Positions 11,406 to 24,740 of a DNA stretch of 64,000 nucleotides are shown here, one piece after another. Below the pieces are notes generated by a model. The model was given only the letters and a program-made list of their open reading frames with translations, was not told the origin of the DNA and did not search any database. Source of the DNA: Octopus sinensis (taxonomy: Eukaryota); contig NC_042999.1 of NCBI RefSeq assembly GCF_006345805.1, positions 114,762,001 through 114,826,000 on the forward strand, in the 5' to 3' direction. Each line of letters starts with the position of its first letter. Position 1 is the first letter of the stretch. Both the position numbers and the translations under genes were made by a program.

Positions 11406-12749
11406 TTATAATATAGTTTGTATTTTAAGACTGGTATACTTGTACCACAGTTTGTTTATTAAGAAACTGCTCCTTAGGAGGTGGGGACCTTCTTTGGCAA
11501 TGTTCCTTATAATTTATAATCTGTAAGGATCTTCGAGACAAGACAATATGTCCTGTAAAAATTATGAGAGTTTATTTGCGAGAGAATGGTTAGGATGACC
11601 GATAGGACGCTGGGTAATTAATTTACCAAAAATTAATGGTTCGTATCCAATTAGTGACTGTGTCTATGCTGTGACTAGTGCACTAGGCTTTCTCAATGGT
11701 CTCAACCAAGTTAACTCCAAATAAATTATCGTTGTTGTTATTTAGCCTCAAGTTATCTCTTCTTAAGTAAACTTACGATGACCATATTTCTAGACTAGAC
11801 CATATTTCTGAATGCTCCTTATATATGCCGGTAAGATGTGGTCTGAGTTTCAGTTAGTTGATTCGATATCTAAGGAGATGCCGCAGGGTATCTATTTAGA
11901 CATCAAGTAAAACCATCACTTCTAAACATCACGGTAATCATATCGTCTACAATTTCATCACATAGTAAATATCCTCGCAGGTAGTTATAGTTACATCGCT
12001 AAATTCATCATCAAGCTAAATATATCAGCTGTAAATTCACAGTCATTCTTTTTATCGGCAGAGTAAATATGCGTCCGAACATTATTTAGAGTTTTTATCC
12101 AGTTTTCATTTCATTATTGATTAAATGAAAACTGAGTAAAAACTTAATTCACAGTTGCATTTCATTAATAATGAAAACGAAATTCAAAAATGAAAAATTA
12201 TTGTTATTAAATCTACCCGAAATATACATGAAAAACAAATCTAAATCACTTTTGAAAATAGAATTACAACATTAGATTGGAGGATGGAAGAGACATTCTA
12301 AGAAGCAAATTATGAGCAATGTTTTGGAATTTTGCGATTTTTGAATTCTCTAGTTCGAAAGTTGTCATTTGCTGGCGGAAAGATGATAAAATTTTAAATT
12401 TGAATTGTTTATCCATTGAACAAAATGTAAAATATATTCAGTTTATATACAGTATTCGAAAGAATTAGAAAGTTTGCTTTACCTCTATTTTCAATTTCAG
12501 AAAAATGAATGCTTTTTAGGAGCTGTATATTGAGCAATTTATTGAAATTTGGGTTAACTTTCTCACAAAAGGCTTTTAAAAGAATCCTTTTTAATATTGC
12601 TCCGATCAAAACTATTTTATTTCGTAATCTGCAAACTAATCTGCGCGCACACACACACACACATTTATATGTTGTACAATATGCATGCCAATTTACATAA
12701 ATGACTTCTGTATGAAGAACATTCCCTAGTCAAGGTTTTGTCTCATCAT

Positions 12750-13083
12750 CAGTGGCGGACTGGGTGTAAAAATATTGGTTGCCAGGAGACTAAGGGAGAC
12801 TACCCGCAACTACAAGGAGACCCACCCGCAACTACAAAGAGATCCACCCGCAACTACAATGCTACCATTTAATTTATTTTTTTATTTTTTTACGTTGCAA
12901 GTATTCTTTTCAAATGTCTACAAACACAACCAGGCTGAAATAATTAATGCATTCTTCCAAAAATGCTCAAACTTGAGGGGATGGGTCCCTTAGATACTAA
13001 CATGGGCCCCCATATATGGATTCTAATGGCGCAGGGGCCCACTTGCCATCGGGCCAGCTGACAACCTGGCCAGTCTGCCATTA
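12750..13083. mobile_element. hAT-type MITE with an 8-bp TSD and an internal 3 x 22-bp tandem repeat
   Basis: TIR cagtggcggactgg / ccagtctgccatta; perfect TSD CTCATCAT at 12742-12749 and 13084-13091; acccgcaactaca at 12802, 12824 and 12846. Confidence 0.85.
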
Positions 13084-13248
13084 CTCATCATCATCATGTG
13101 TCTTTTGGGTTGATTTGAAGGAGTCTTAGCTGCTATTTCTAGCTTATCAAATTGCTACATAAAATCTCACACACTTGTGAATATGTGTGTGCATATTAGT
13201 AATGTTTAGGGCAAACAATGAATGCCAAAAGACCATTTTTTTCATATA

Positions 13249-13480
13249 CAGTAATCCCTCAACTATCGCCGATATTACGTTCTAAAACACCCCCAACCCC
13301 ACCCGCGATATGTGAAAATCCGCTCAGTAGAAACAGTACCGCACTGTATATATATATTTTTTTTTTATAATTTGTATATATTTACTTTATTATAGATGCA
13401 AAACAACACCACAGAGGAATCGACATAAGCTTAATTGATAAACTGCGATAGGTGAACTGCGATATGGCGAGGGATTACAA
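13249..13480. mobile_element. pogo/Tigger-like MITE
   Basis: TA-cagtaatccctcaactatcgc ... gcgatatggcgagggattacaa-TA: imperfect TIRs and TA TSD. Confidence 0.75.
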
Positions 13481-13494
13481 TATCTAATAATTTT

Positions 13495-13690
13495 GTAGGG
13501 CAGCGAGCTATGCTTTGCGTCATTTCTTCCGACTATTCTGAATTCAAATGGCACCGGGGTTACTTTGCTTTTCATCCTTTCTGGGTTGATAAAGTCAAGT
13601 ACCTGTCACGCACTGGGATCAATGTAATCAACTTGCTCCCTTCCCTGATATTGCTAGCCTTGTGCCAAACTTTGAAATCAATATTAACGT
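13495..13690 (+). mobile_element. SINE family A, old copy
   Basis: ctttgcttttcatcctttctgggttgataaag..gtacc..ccttgtgccaaactttgaaatcaatatta. Confidence 0.75.
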
Positions 13691-14014
13691 AACATTTTTG
13701 TGAAATTTCTTAGTCAAAACTTTTTCAAGTAAAGAGGTAAATTATAAGTTTCGGTGATTTCTTTTCATTCACGATAATTCATTCATGATAATTTCATTCA
13801 TGATTATTTTTTCAAATTTGAAAATTGTTGTATATGAATATTTAAGGGGAAAATGACATGTTTACCTTACAAACAACAAAATTAGCTGTTTTACTAAAAA
13901 AGAAAATTAGTAGAAGGAATTGCATTCAAAAGATTGAAATAAATTTACGGCAAATTAAATGTTCAACGAAGTGAAGATGTTAGTAAATATGTTGCTATTT
14001 TTAATGTTATTTCT

Positions 14015-14018
14015 CTCT

Positions 14019-14084
<66 letters not shown>

Positions 14085-14085
14085 G
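14015..14085. repeat. (CT)n microsatellite
   Basis: Direct reading. Confidence 0.95.
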
Positions 14086-14339
14086 TTTCCAGTTTCCTCA
14101 TCTTGGTCTTTTTCATTTCTTCAGGTTGCATTTGAGAGTGAAATAATCATGGCTATTTTTTCGGTGCTGTTTGTGAGGAAAAAATGCTTTGACCAATAAA
14201 TAATGCACAAACATTATTTTTCTCCGTATTGCACATGTGAATTTAATGAATAACTTGAATAGAACTTATTGTTTCTTCATTCTCTAAATAAATTACTTGA
14301 AATTCAATGATTGCATATTTATAATGGAAATTAGCAAAT

Positions 14340-15211
14340 TATGACGTTATAATAGAAATATATAGAAATATATATATATATATATATATAATAGGAATAT
14401 GTTACAAAAAGAAAATAGAAACTGCACGTGACAATGTAAGGGGAAAGTAAGAAGAAAAATAAGCGAAAATGCACATTGGAAATCAAAAAAGTAAAGGCTT
14501 TTTTATGAAAAGTAACGAAAGATATATACAAGTAGATGAACCGAGGTAGGAATAAAAGTAATAAAAGCCATTATTGTGAATTGTTAAAGAGATTCAAAAG
14601 CATACCGGTTTCGAGAACTTACTAATCATTGCTTTGAATGCACACCGATTAACGAACGGTGTCAGGTCTACTAGTCCCTGAGTAAAACGATTATGTGTAA
14701 GGAAGGTAAGTAGTTCTGGATTTGGTGCAATTAGGGTAGATATAGATCTGTAATGTGAATGGTGTATGGGATGTATGAGGGTTAGTGGTATTAATTGAAC
14801 GGTTAATAATATTCTATATTATGTTATGTGTTCATATTGAGTTGTTGAAGATATTTATTGATGAAAGTTGCCTCTTTATTCATTCTTTGTTGTACTGAGG
14901 TGTTCTGTGAACATTGACAGAAGGGGAAAATTAGGTAATTAGGATTAAGATTCCTAGCACACCTTTCTATGTGTTCACTAACCTGTATCTGTCTGTATTG
15001 TGGGTGGCGGATTTGTTGTTTGTGGAGAGTGGTTCTTAGAAACAGGTATGCTTTTGAATTTTTTAACAATTCACAATAATGACTTTTATTAGTTTTATCC
15101 CTACTTCAGTTCATCTAATTGTATATATCTATCGTTACTTTTCATAAAAAGTCTTTACTGTTTTTGACTTCCAATGTGCATTTTCGCTTATTTTTCTTCT
15201 TACTTACCCCT

Positions 15212-15212
<1 letters not shown>
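14340..15212 (-). mobile_element. 5'-truncated Penelope-like element with an inverted pLTR
   Basis: Minus ORF TLHKQQIRHPQYRQIQVSEHIERC...FPFCQC...RMNKEATFINKYLQQLN (GIY-YIG C-terminus); ~14435-14620 recurs inverted at ~15030-15212. Confidence 0.8.
14593..14638 (-). ncRNA. Decayed minimal hammerhead motif in the Penelope pLTR
   Basis: Minus strand AAAGCA-ATGATTA-gtaagttctc-GAAA-CCGG-TA-TGCTTT: perfect 6-bp stem I, palindromic ACCGGT helix III, GUA site; CUGAUGA differs at two positions and stem II is poor. Confidence 0.5.
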
Positions 15213-15925
<713 letters not shown>

Positions 15926-16228
15926 TACTGAGTTAGCTGCATGTACAATAGTTTATTGTATCCACATGTATGCACCTCTTTACGGAAGACTATACTTAGA
16001 AAAAGTTAAATGCTTCGAGTATAAAAACAGCGCTGTACTTATAACAGACAATGAGCTGGAGAGGCTGCAATAAGGGTGGAGCACTGCTCAGAACCGCTAG
16101 AATTCTCCGGATGTTCCTCGAAAAATAAGAGGTGTTACCTTAGTTCACTGGTAGTAAAAAGCTGGCACCGTAGTACATACATCTCCAGTGTTAGAAACTG
16201 TGCAAATACAATAAATAATAACAACAAC

Positions 16229-16280
<52 letters not shown>

Positions 16281-16282
<2 letters not shown>

Positions 16283-17141
16283 GCACTCCATTCTAAAAGC
16301 AATAACGACAAACTCTACCTACCAAGAAAGGAAGGTGACAACGGTTTACCTAACGCAGAAGACACTGTTAATACTGCGATACTGGGTTTTAAAAATCATG
16401 TTCTGAGGAGTAAAGAAAGAATACTATCGGCAATCCAAGATACCCAAAAAGTAACCGAAACAGTAGGAGAATTCAAAGAGAAAAGGTAGAATAACAGAAC
16501 AAATAAATGGAAAGGAATTGAGTTACATGGCCCATTCATGCAGCGAAATGAGAATGTTGGAAGTAAAGACCGATAGGAACTTGAAACGAGAGACAGATAC
16601 GCTAATTATAGCCGTTCAGTAACAAGCTCTTAGAACAAATCTAAAGGCAAAACTCAGACAGCAAATGTAGAATATGCAGGAAAGGAGACAAAAGTATCAA
16701 TCACCTTTTAAGTGAGTGTAGTTTGCTAGCACAAAAGGAATATAAACGTAGACATGACTGCAAAAGAGTGCATTGGGAGGTTAGCTTCAAAACAACAGCA
16801 AAGTGATATGAACACAAACCACAAGCTGTGATAGAAAAATGAGAATTACATGACTTTGTGGAATTTCCCCACAAAGTTTGATCATACTATTGAAGCAAGA
16901 CGACCAGATATGATCATTGGAGACAAGGTAAACAGAGTAAGATCATAGATTTTGTAATTTCCTATGATAGCAGAGTCAATATCATAGAAAATGAAAAAAA
17001 TTGAGAAATATTAGGATCTAGTCAATTATTGCACTTCGCACAATAATAAAATGCAACCTAAAAAACTTAAAGAAATTGGAATTGAAACTCGCATTGTCGA
17101 CTTGCTGCAAAAAACCATCCTATATTCTGCAAGGATCCTAC
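16281..17141 (+). mobile_element. RLE-type (R4/Dong-like) LINE fragment, heavily decayed
   Basis: LHSKSNNDKLYLPRKEG, CR-C..E...HLLSECSLLAQKEYKRRHD, RRPDMII, ends LQKTILYSARILRKILEI*; (AAT)n at 16210-16281 on the 5' side. Confidence 0.8.
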
Positions 17142-17159
17142 GGAAGATTCTTGAGATTT

Positions 17160-18430
17160 GACATGTGCGCGGTTGCTTTGATAAGATATGGGGCAGGAAT
17201 AGTATCTTGGAAGAAGCATGAATTACAAGTGATAGACTGGAGAATGCGTAAATTAATGACAATGAACAAGGAACTACACCCCAAAAGTGATGTGTCAAGA
17301 TTGAATGTAAAGAGGAAAGAAGGGGGACGGGGATTGGTGTGTTTTGAAGGTTGTGTAAGGGAAGAGGAGAATAGCCTGGCTTGGTATGTCAAGGGGAGTA
17401 AAGAGGAAATTATTGAAGCAGTGAAAATGCAGGGAGGCTTAAAGTCAACGAAGCCGTAGATCCAACACAATTTAAGAAAGACCAGAGAGAGTAGACGAAG
17501 GAAATTGGCAAGACAAGAAAATGCACAGTCAGTTCTTGAAGAAAAAGATGAGATTGATTGGAATAGAACCTGGCAATGTTTGCAGAAAGGAGACTTAAAA
17601 GGGCCCACTGAGGCATTAGTGTGCAGCGCTCAAGAACAAGCTCTCAGAACAAACTACTCCAAACTGATAAAAACACTGACTCACCACAGTGTAGGATATG
17701 CTCTGAGAAAGGGGAAAGTATAAACATATTATTAGAGAGTGTTGTAAGCTTGCACAACGCAAATACAAAAGGAGACACGACAATGTGGCTAGATATGTCT
17801 GTTGGCTGTTGTGCGGTAATGTAAACCTCGGGAGAACAGAACAATGATATGAACACGAGCCAAAGGGAGTAATGGAAAACGAACATTACAAAATAATCTG
17901 GGATTTTAACATGCAGTGCGACCAAGTCATAGAGGCGAGACGACCAGATATTGTGATTATCCTAAAAAGATGAAAAAGAAGTAAAGATAATAGATGCTGC
18001 AATACCAGGCGATTCTAAGGTGAAATGTAAGGAAACAGAAAAGATTTATTTCTTTATTGCCCAGAGGGGCTAAACATAGAGGGGACAAAAAGGACAGACA
18101 AAGGGTTTAAGTCGATTACATCGATCCCAGTGCGTAAATGGTACTTGTTTAATCGACCCTGAAAGGATGAAAGGCAAAATCGACCTCGGCGGAATTAAAG
18201 CATTAGGAGCAGTCTCCAAGGGCTTTGAAAAACATATTAAGAAAATTTGAGCTGCTGTCAGGTTTGAGGGGTCCGGAAGACAGCATTGTTGGAGACAGTT
18301 CGCATTCTAAGGAGAGTATTGTCTCTTTGTGTCACAGGAGAAGGCACTACTTGAAACCTTTGATGATTTGTTATTAGCTGCTTTCAAGTAAAAAATAACC
18401 GGTAATTAAGAACTATCCGCGAGCCTAACA
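17160..18430 (+). mobile_element. Second RLE-type LINE fragment, interrupted by a SINE
   Basis: ELHPKSDVSRLNVKRKEGGRGL, TEALVCSAQEQALRTN, CRICSEKGESINI, WDFNMQCDQVIEARRPDIVI, IIDAAIPGD; ends in (AAT)n. Confidence 0.85.
18045..18197 (-). mobile_element. SINE family A with a LINE-derived tail, nested in the LINE
   Basis: Minus: core followed by cctttttgtcccctctatgtttagcccctctgggcaataaagaaata. Confidence 0.85.
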
Positions 18431-18460
18431 AAATAATAATAATAATAATAATAATAATAA

Positions 18461-18955
18461 AGGTCACAGAAAAGGTCACAGAAAACGAGAAAGCAACCAT
18501 ACTTGGATATGCCGATACACACAGATAGAGAAATAAGCCAACAGACCAGATATAGTTGTCAGAGATGAGAGAAAAAAAATGCTTTCTAATTGATGTATCA
18601 ATACCAGCAGATGACAACGTGTCTCTAAAAGAAATAGAGAAACTTCAAAATACAAAGACCTGGAAATAGAGGTAACCAGAATGTGGAATCTAAAAACAGA
18701 AACAATTCCTATCATAGTAGGTGCATTAGGTATGAAAAAAAAAATATTCGGACAAATACATACAAAAAACACTAGGTCTCACAAACACATATAACATACA
18801 GAAAATTGCACTAATAGGCACTGCACACATCCTACGCAGAACACTTTCCATACAATAACCATCAGAGCATCACAACAAATCACAGCACATACCAAAGGCA
18901 CACAGAGCTGCGCTCGGCAGTGATGTGAAAGTACGCTATAAAAATAAACTACTGA
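18461..18955 (+). mobile_element. RLE-type (Dong-like) LINE 3' end between (AAT)n tracts
   Basis: PDIVVRD...CFLIDVSIPADDNVS...IPIIVGALG; very similar (about 90% by eye) to the reverse complement of 48259-48745; same end aaactactg-(AAT)n. Confidence 0.9.
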
Positions 18956-18976
18956 ATAATAATAATAATAATAATA

Positions 18977-19030
<54 letters not shown>

Positions 19031-19232
19031 TTTGGCACAAGACCAGCAAGTTTGTGAGAGGGGATAAGTCGATTACCTTGACTTCAATAATTAATTAGTG
19101 CTTATTTCATCGACCCCGAAGGCGAAAGTACGAAAAGCAAAGTCGACCTCGCCGAAATTTGAACATAAAGAGAGACAAGATGTTTCCAAGCATTTCGACC
19201 GGCATGTTAACGATTCTGCCAGTTCACGCCTT
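19031..19232 (-). mobile_element. SINE family A
   Basis: Family-A core on the minus strand; (AAT)n on both sides. Confidence 0.85.
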
Positions 19233-19233
19233 A

Positions 19234-19264
<31 letters not shown>

Positions 19265-19267
19265 TCC

Positions 19268-19470
19268 TTTCTACTGGAAGCACAAGGGCTCAAATTTGGG
19301 GGAGGGGTAAGTCGATTATATCGACCTCAGTACTCAACTTAATTTATCAGCCCCGAAAGGATGAAAAGCAAAGTCGACCTCGGCGGAATTTGAACTCAGG
19401 ACGTAGCGACGGGCGAAATACTACTAAGCATTTCGTCCAGCGTGCTAATGATTCTGCCAGCTCACCGCCT
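19268..19470 (-). mobile_element. SINE family A
   Basis: Full-length minus copy; (AAT)n on both sides. Confidence 0.9.
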
Positions 19471-19499
19471 TAATAATATTGATAATGATAATAATAATG

Positions 19500-19539
<40 letters not shown>

Positions 19540-20204
19540 TGATGATGATGATGATGATTGTAACAGATTTCTTGTTAAAGAGAGAGTGAGAGAGAAGGAA
19601 AAAAGATGGAACAGGTCAAATATGTACAAGGAGGACAAGTGACCATCTTGACTTGGTGTTTGAAGAATACCACCCCAGTAACCTTTTTTTCTCAAGAAGA
19701 ACTCAAGATATTAACTGGAATACTGGCATTTCTCGTGTTTTTTTTGTGTTTTTTTTTTATTTTCCTTTTTTTTTTCTGTGTTTTTGGGAGGTGCGACAAT
19801 TTCGATCGTAAAGAGCGTTAAAGTAAGAGAAGAAGAAAAAAAAACAAAAGGAGCAACAAGAACAACAACAACAACAACAATAGCAACAACAATATATATA
19901 TAAAAAAAAAGCCAGCAACAACATCGATAAACCAAAATAACAACAATACTATAATCTACATATCAAGCTGCTGCATTACATTACTGGGCATATTTAATGT
20001 GTGACCCTTTGGCAAGGTGTTACCGGCCGGTGGCTTGATTGATGGCCAAACTAAAGTAGTTGTTCGGCAAATGTTTGCACATTAACTTAACCGTTCAATT
20101 GCATTATAAATGTGCCAAGAATTCTGCAGCTGCGCGCCCTGTAGTATAATGTAGTAGAGACTTACTCATTGCTCTAGCACTTTCTAACTCATGTAGATAG
20201 GTTG

Positions 20205-20206
20205 AC

Positions 20207-20291
<85 letters not shown>

Positions 20292-20319
20292 ATGTATACA
20301 TATAATAATAATAATAATG

Positions 20320-20364
<45 letters not shown>

Positions 20365-20639
20365 TAATAATAATAATAATGGTGTGTATACGGGCAATAT
20401 ATATGATATTTATGTTTATACATATTTGTGTTGGCATGTATATATGTATATATACATATGCATAATACATACTTACACATATACATGCATATATATGAAT
20501 GAGTCCGTCTGCATATATGTTTATGTGTGTGTGGTGTGTGTGGGTGTGTATGTAGGAATGTATGTATGTTTATATGCTTATATTTTATATGTTTATAATA
20601 TATGTGTGTACATATATTCTCATTCATGAGTATTTGCGC

Positions 20640-20679
<40 letters not shown>

Positions 20680-20890
20680 TATTTGTATACATACATATAC
20701 ATATATATATTCTCATTTATGGGTATATATATATATATATACTCACATTCTCTCGCGAACAGGGGTATACATTAACTCTTCTACATACAGAATACACACA
20801 CGCACATGGTACATACATACATACATACATACATACATACATACATACATACATACATACATACATACATACATACATACATACATACGC
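20205..20890. repeat. Cluster of (TA), (GT), (AAT) and (TACA) microsatellites
   Basis: Direct reading. Confidence 0.9.
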
Positions 20891-21129
20891 CACCTATAAA
20901 TATGTATGCAATCAGTGCTGAAAATCTGTTTCTACGGAGGTTGAAATAATATCTAAGTATGAGTCATCAATCATAAGTCGACTTGTGTAAATATTGTGAT
21001 GAATGCTAAATCAGATTCATCCGAGAGATGAATACTTGTCATATTGTGTTCTCTGTTTCCAATCATTATTCATCTGATGAATAAAAACTTACACAATTCA
21101 AACGATCGACAAAGTATCATGGCATCTGC

Positions 21130-21138
21130 ACATGTGTT

Positions 21139-21184
<46 letters not shown>

Positions 21185-21206
21185 CGTGTGTGTGTGTTTG
21201 TGTGTG

Positions 21207-21286
<80 letters not shown>

Positions 21287-21304
21287 GTGTGTGTGTGTGT
21301 GTTG

Positions 21305-21359
<55 letters not shown>

Positions 21360-21368
21360 GGTGTGTGC

Positions 21369-21402
<34 letters not shown>

Positions 21403-21420
21403 ATATGTGTGTGTGTAAGT
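21130..21420. repeat. ~290-bp interrupted (GT)n
   Basis: Direct reading. Confidence 0.95.
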
Positions 21421-21989
21421 GTGGCGGGTGATATTAATGTTTCTCTGTGTCTGTGTATGTGTATATATGTATGTAAGTGGGTAGACTATGGCAATGTGTG
21501 TGGTGATGTTATGCCTGTGTTGTGTGAAGGAATTTGTGTTTGAATGCAGGGGGTGTTTGCGTACATATGGGTGTGCACGTGCGCGTACCTGCGTATGCAA
21601 GTGTGCGTGTCTTTGTGCAAATGCGTGTACGTACATATATATGCATATATATATATATATATGCATATATATATATATACACTAATATAGTTCTGTATAC
21701 ATATACATAAATATACAGATAATAGGTGAAGGCTAGATATGCTCAGAATAGAATACACATAGTAGTGCTCAAATGAATTTGAACTTAAACACCGAATTTT
21801 TCATCTGCAGCAAGGCCTACAGCGTCAAGAATGGCTATGAGAGAAACCCAAGGCGAGCTGATATGGAGGTGGTAGTGCAGATAAACACAATAGGCTTGAA
21901 ATATATATATTTTTTATATATAAGAATTTTTTGCGTAATGAGATAAAAAACCAAGGCTGTGTAGGTATTAGAAGATTTATAGATAGAAA

Positions 21990-22041
21990 ATCTTACAGCT
22001 CTTTCCAGGATTTTTATTAATTATAACCCTTCATCGGAGAC
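21990..22041 (-). ncRNA. Decayed hammerhead-like motif, probably in a Penelope-like 3' end spanning about 21800-22228
   Basis: Minus GTCT-CCGATGA-agg(AT-rich loop)cctg-GAAA-GAGCTG-TA-AGAT; two changes from the consensus. Confidence 0.35.
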
Positions 22042-22396
22042 AGTGTGAGAGGATGGTAATGTCATAGGTAGTTTAGATGTGATACAAAATGGAGAGTGAG
22101 GTGGAGGAAAGAAAATAGATGTAAGATATGTAGGGATATTGAAGTTGTAAATCCATTCTTTTGGGCAGAATGATGTATATGTAATATTCCAATACCCTAA
22201 GAGTAAAGTCCAACAGTCCAACAGATAATGACACCATTATCTCTTATATATTTAGGGAGAGTTTACGGAAAAAACAAAAGACGAAGACAGGTGGTGTACA
22301 AAGCAAACAGATGTATTAGTATAACGCTCAAAAATAGAAAAAGTCTTTTACGTTTCGAGCCTACGCTCTTCTACAGAAAAAAAACAAGGAGAGAAA

Positions 22397-23681
22397 CAAG
22401 GAGAGTAGAAAGTAAGTAACGTTTTGATCCATGAAGTATTTGTACCGAAGTTTTGCCATTTTAAATTTGTTTTAAACATTTTTATGCAATTGTCTGATGA
22501 TACCGACATAGACTTGCAGAAATGCATCAATGAATTAACAGTGATATTTTTTCACCGTTGTTACAATCATCTGAAATGGAAATGCCAAAGCGCAATATTC
22601 GAGCAATTTTGCTATTCAACTTCAAAAAAGGACGTAAAGCAGCTGAAACTGCTCGCGATATCAACGAAACGTTTGGTGTGGAAATGACCAGTGAGTGGTC
22701 AGCTCGAAAATGGTTTAAACGATTTTGTAGTGGAGACATGAGCCTTGAAGACCGTGAGTGTAGTGGACGGTCATCTGTCATCAATGATAGTTAATTAAAG
22801 ACCGTCATTGAGAAAGATTCACGTAAAAACCACTCGAGAACTGGCAAACGAACTTCATGTTAGCCATAAAACTGCCTGCAACCATTTGCATGCGATCGGA
22901 GAATCAAAAAAGCTCCACAAATGGGTACCACATGATTCAAATGAAAATCAGAAAATGCACAGATATGAAATTTGCTCGTTGCTTCTTCTCCATAACCAGA
23001 CCGATCCATTTCTCGACCATATTGTAACTTGCGATGAAAAGGGGATTCTGTACAATAATAAAAAAAAAAGTTCTTCGTGGAAGAGCTCGGATTTAGGGAA
23101 GCACCGAGAACCTTCCCTAAATCCGAGCTCTTCAAAAAGAAGTTTATAGTGACTGTTTGGTAGTTTTAAGACGTCATCCACTATAACGTCTTAAAACCCG
23201 GAAAAACCATTACGGCAGAAATGTATTGCCATGAAATTGTCAAAATGAACGAAAAACTGCTACTCCCCCGTCCCAGATGGGTCAACAGAAGAGGACCAGT
23301 CATTTTTTATGACTATGCTCGACCACACGTTTCACTAATGAGGCTTCAGTGGCTGGGGGAACTTGGCTAGGAAGTTCGTCTCTACCGAACTTATTCCCAA
23401 GATCTTTTTCCTACCGACTATCACTTTTTCAAGCATTTTCATGGTTTCCTGCGAGAGAAGGAGTTCAAAAATCAAACCGATGCTGGAAATGCGTTCAAAG
23501 AGTTTATCAGCTCCAGAACTCCATATTTTTATGCTACCAGAATAAACAAACATGTAACTCATTGGCAAAAATGTGTTGATTGTAATGGTACTTATTTTGG
23601 TGAATAAAATTTTCGCATTGTTGAAATATATTGTGATGAATTTCATGTTTCAAAACGTTGCTCACTTTTTACTCAGCCTGA
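22397..23681 (+). mobile_element. Full-length decayed mariner (DD34D) transposon, ~1.29 kb
   Basis: MEMPKRNIRAILLFNFKKG..HTH, LHKWVPHD, IVTCDEK, YDYARPH, DLFPTDYHFF; imperfect TIRs gagtagaaagtaagtaacgttttg / caaaacgttgctcactttttactcagcctga-TA. Confidence 0.92.
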
Positions 23682-23719
23682 TATAACACATTATAGTACA
23701 TATATATAGAGAGAGAGAC

Positions 23720-24105
23720 CCAGGCGTGGCTGTGTGGGGAGAAGCTTGATTCCCAACCGCATAGCTTGCTTCCCAAACATATAGGTGCGTGGCACCTTGG
23801 ATGAGTGCCTTCTACTCTAATCTCGAACCGACCAAAGCCTTGTGAGTGGATTTGGTAGACGGAAACTGAAAGAAACCCGTCATGTATATGTGTGTGTTTG
23901 TGTCTATGTTTGTCCCCCTATCACCGCTGGACAACCGATGTCGATGTGTTTACGTCCCCTTAAGCTAGCGGTTCCGCAAAAATACCGATTGCACTAGGCT
24001 TACAAAAATAAGTCCTGGGGTCAATTTGTTTGACTAAAATCCTTCAAGGATGTGCTTCAGCATGGCCGCAGTCTAATGACTGAAACAAGTAAAGGAATAA
24101 AAGAA
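23720..24105 (+). mobile_element. tRNA-derived SINE family B with an internal (GT)n
   Basis: ggcgtggctgtgtgg head, gaccaaagccttgtgagtggatttggtagacggaaactgaaagaa, ends gactgaaacaagtaaaggaataaaag. Confidence 0.9.
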
Positions 24106-24379
24106 AATCTATATATATTCATACACGTATGTGTGTGTGTGTGTGTGTGTACAAATACACATTCTGCATATATTCACAGACAAGCGCATCCACAGACACA
24201 CACACACATATACACACATATTGTGGTGTGTGTACACCCACGCAACTAAATGAATGCATAAATAAATTAAATAAGTAAATAATATGCACAGATAGATTTT
24301 TTATGAACTGAAATTTATGGACTGGTGTTTGCTTTCTTTTGTTTTTGCCAATAGATATGGAGAAAGCAGCAGCGCTCGT

Positions 24380-24740
24380 ATAACCTTGCACGCTCTCCCA
24401 AGCCATCCACATTCATGCCATTAGTGATGTTCTGGAAGTCTTATAAGTCAACATCTACGGGAAAGACATGAACAGAAATAGAATTCCAGAGAACTGACAT
24501 TCTGGGAAGGAAGAACTTGGTGTAATGGTTACTGCAGATGTCTGAGGGTATTGGACACAGGAGAAGTGATAAAATCAGGAAAGCGTGTAGGACCGGAAGT
24601 CTTGAGTTAAAGTGGTATGAGTTAAACCAGCGTCGATGTGCAGGCGCTGGAGCATACCTTTATGCTAATCAGTCGAGTGGCCCTTTTCTTAATGCGTGGG
24701 AAGATGTCTGAGTATGCAACATAAACAATAGCCGAAGCAG
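24380..24740 (-). mobile_element. CR1/L2/Jockey-like LINE 3' fragment
   Basis: Minus: RIKKRATRLI ... HYTKFFLPRMSVLWNSISVHVFPVDVDL, the typical ORF2 C-terminal SFxPRTxxLWNxLP pattern. Confidence 0.65.

Noticed and set aside
12795-12860. CRISPR-like array
   Set aside because: The 22-bp units are contiguous with no unique spacers, lie inside a TSD-flanked MITE, and the context is eukaryotic
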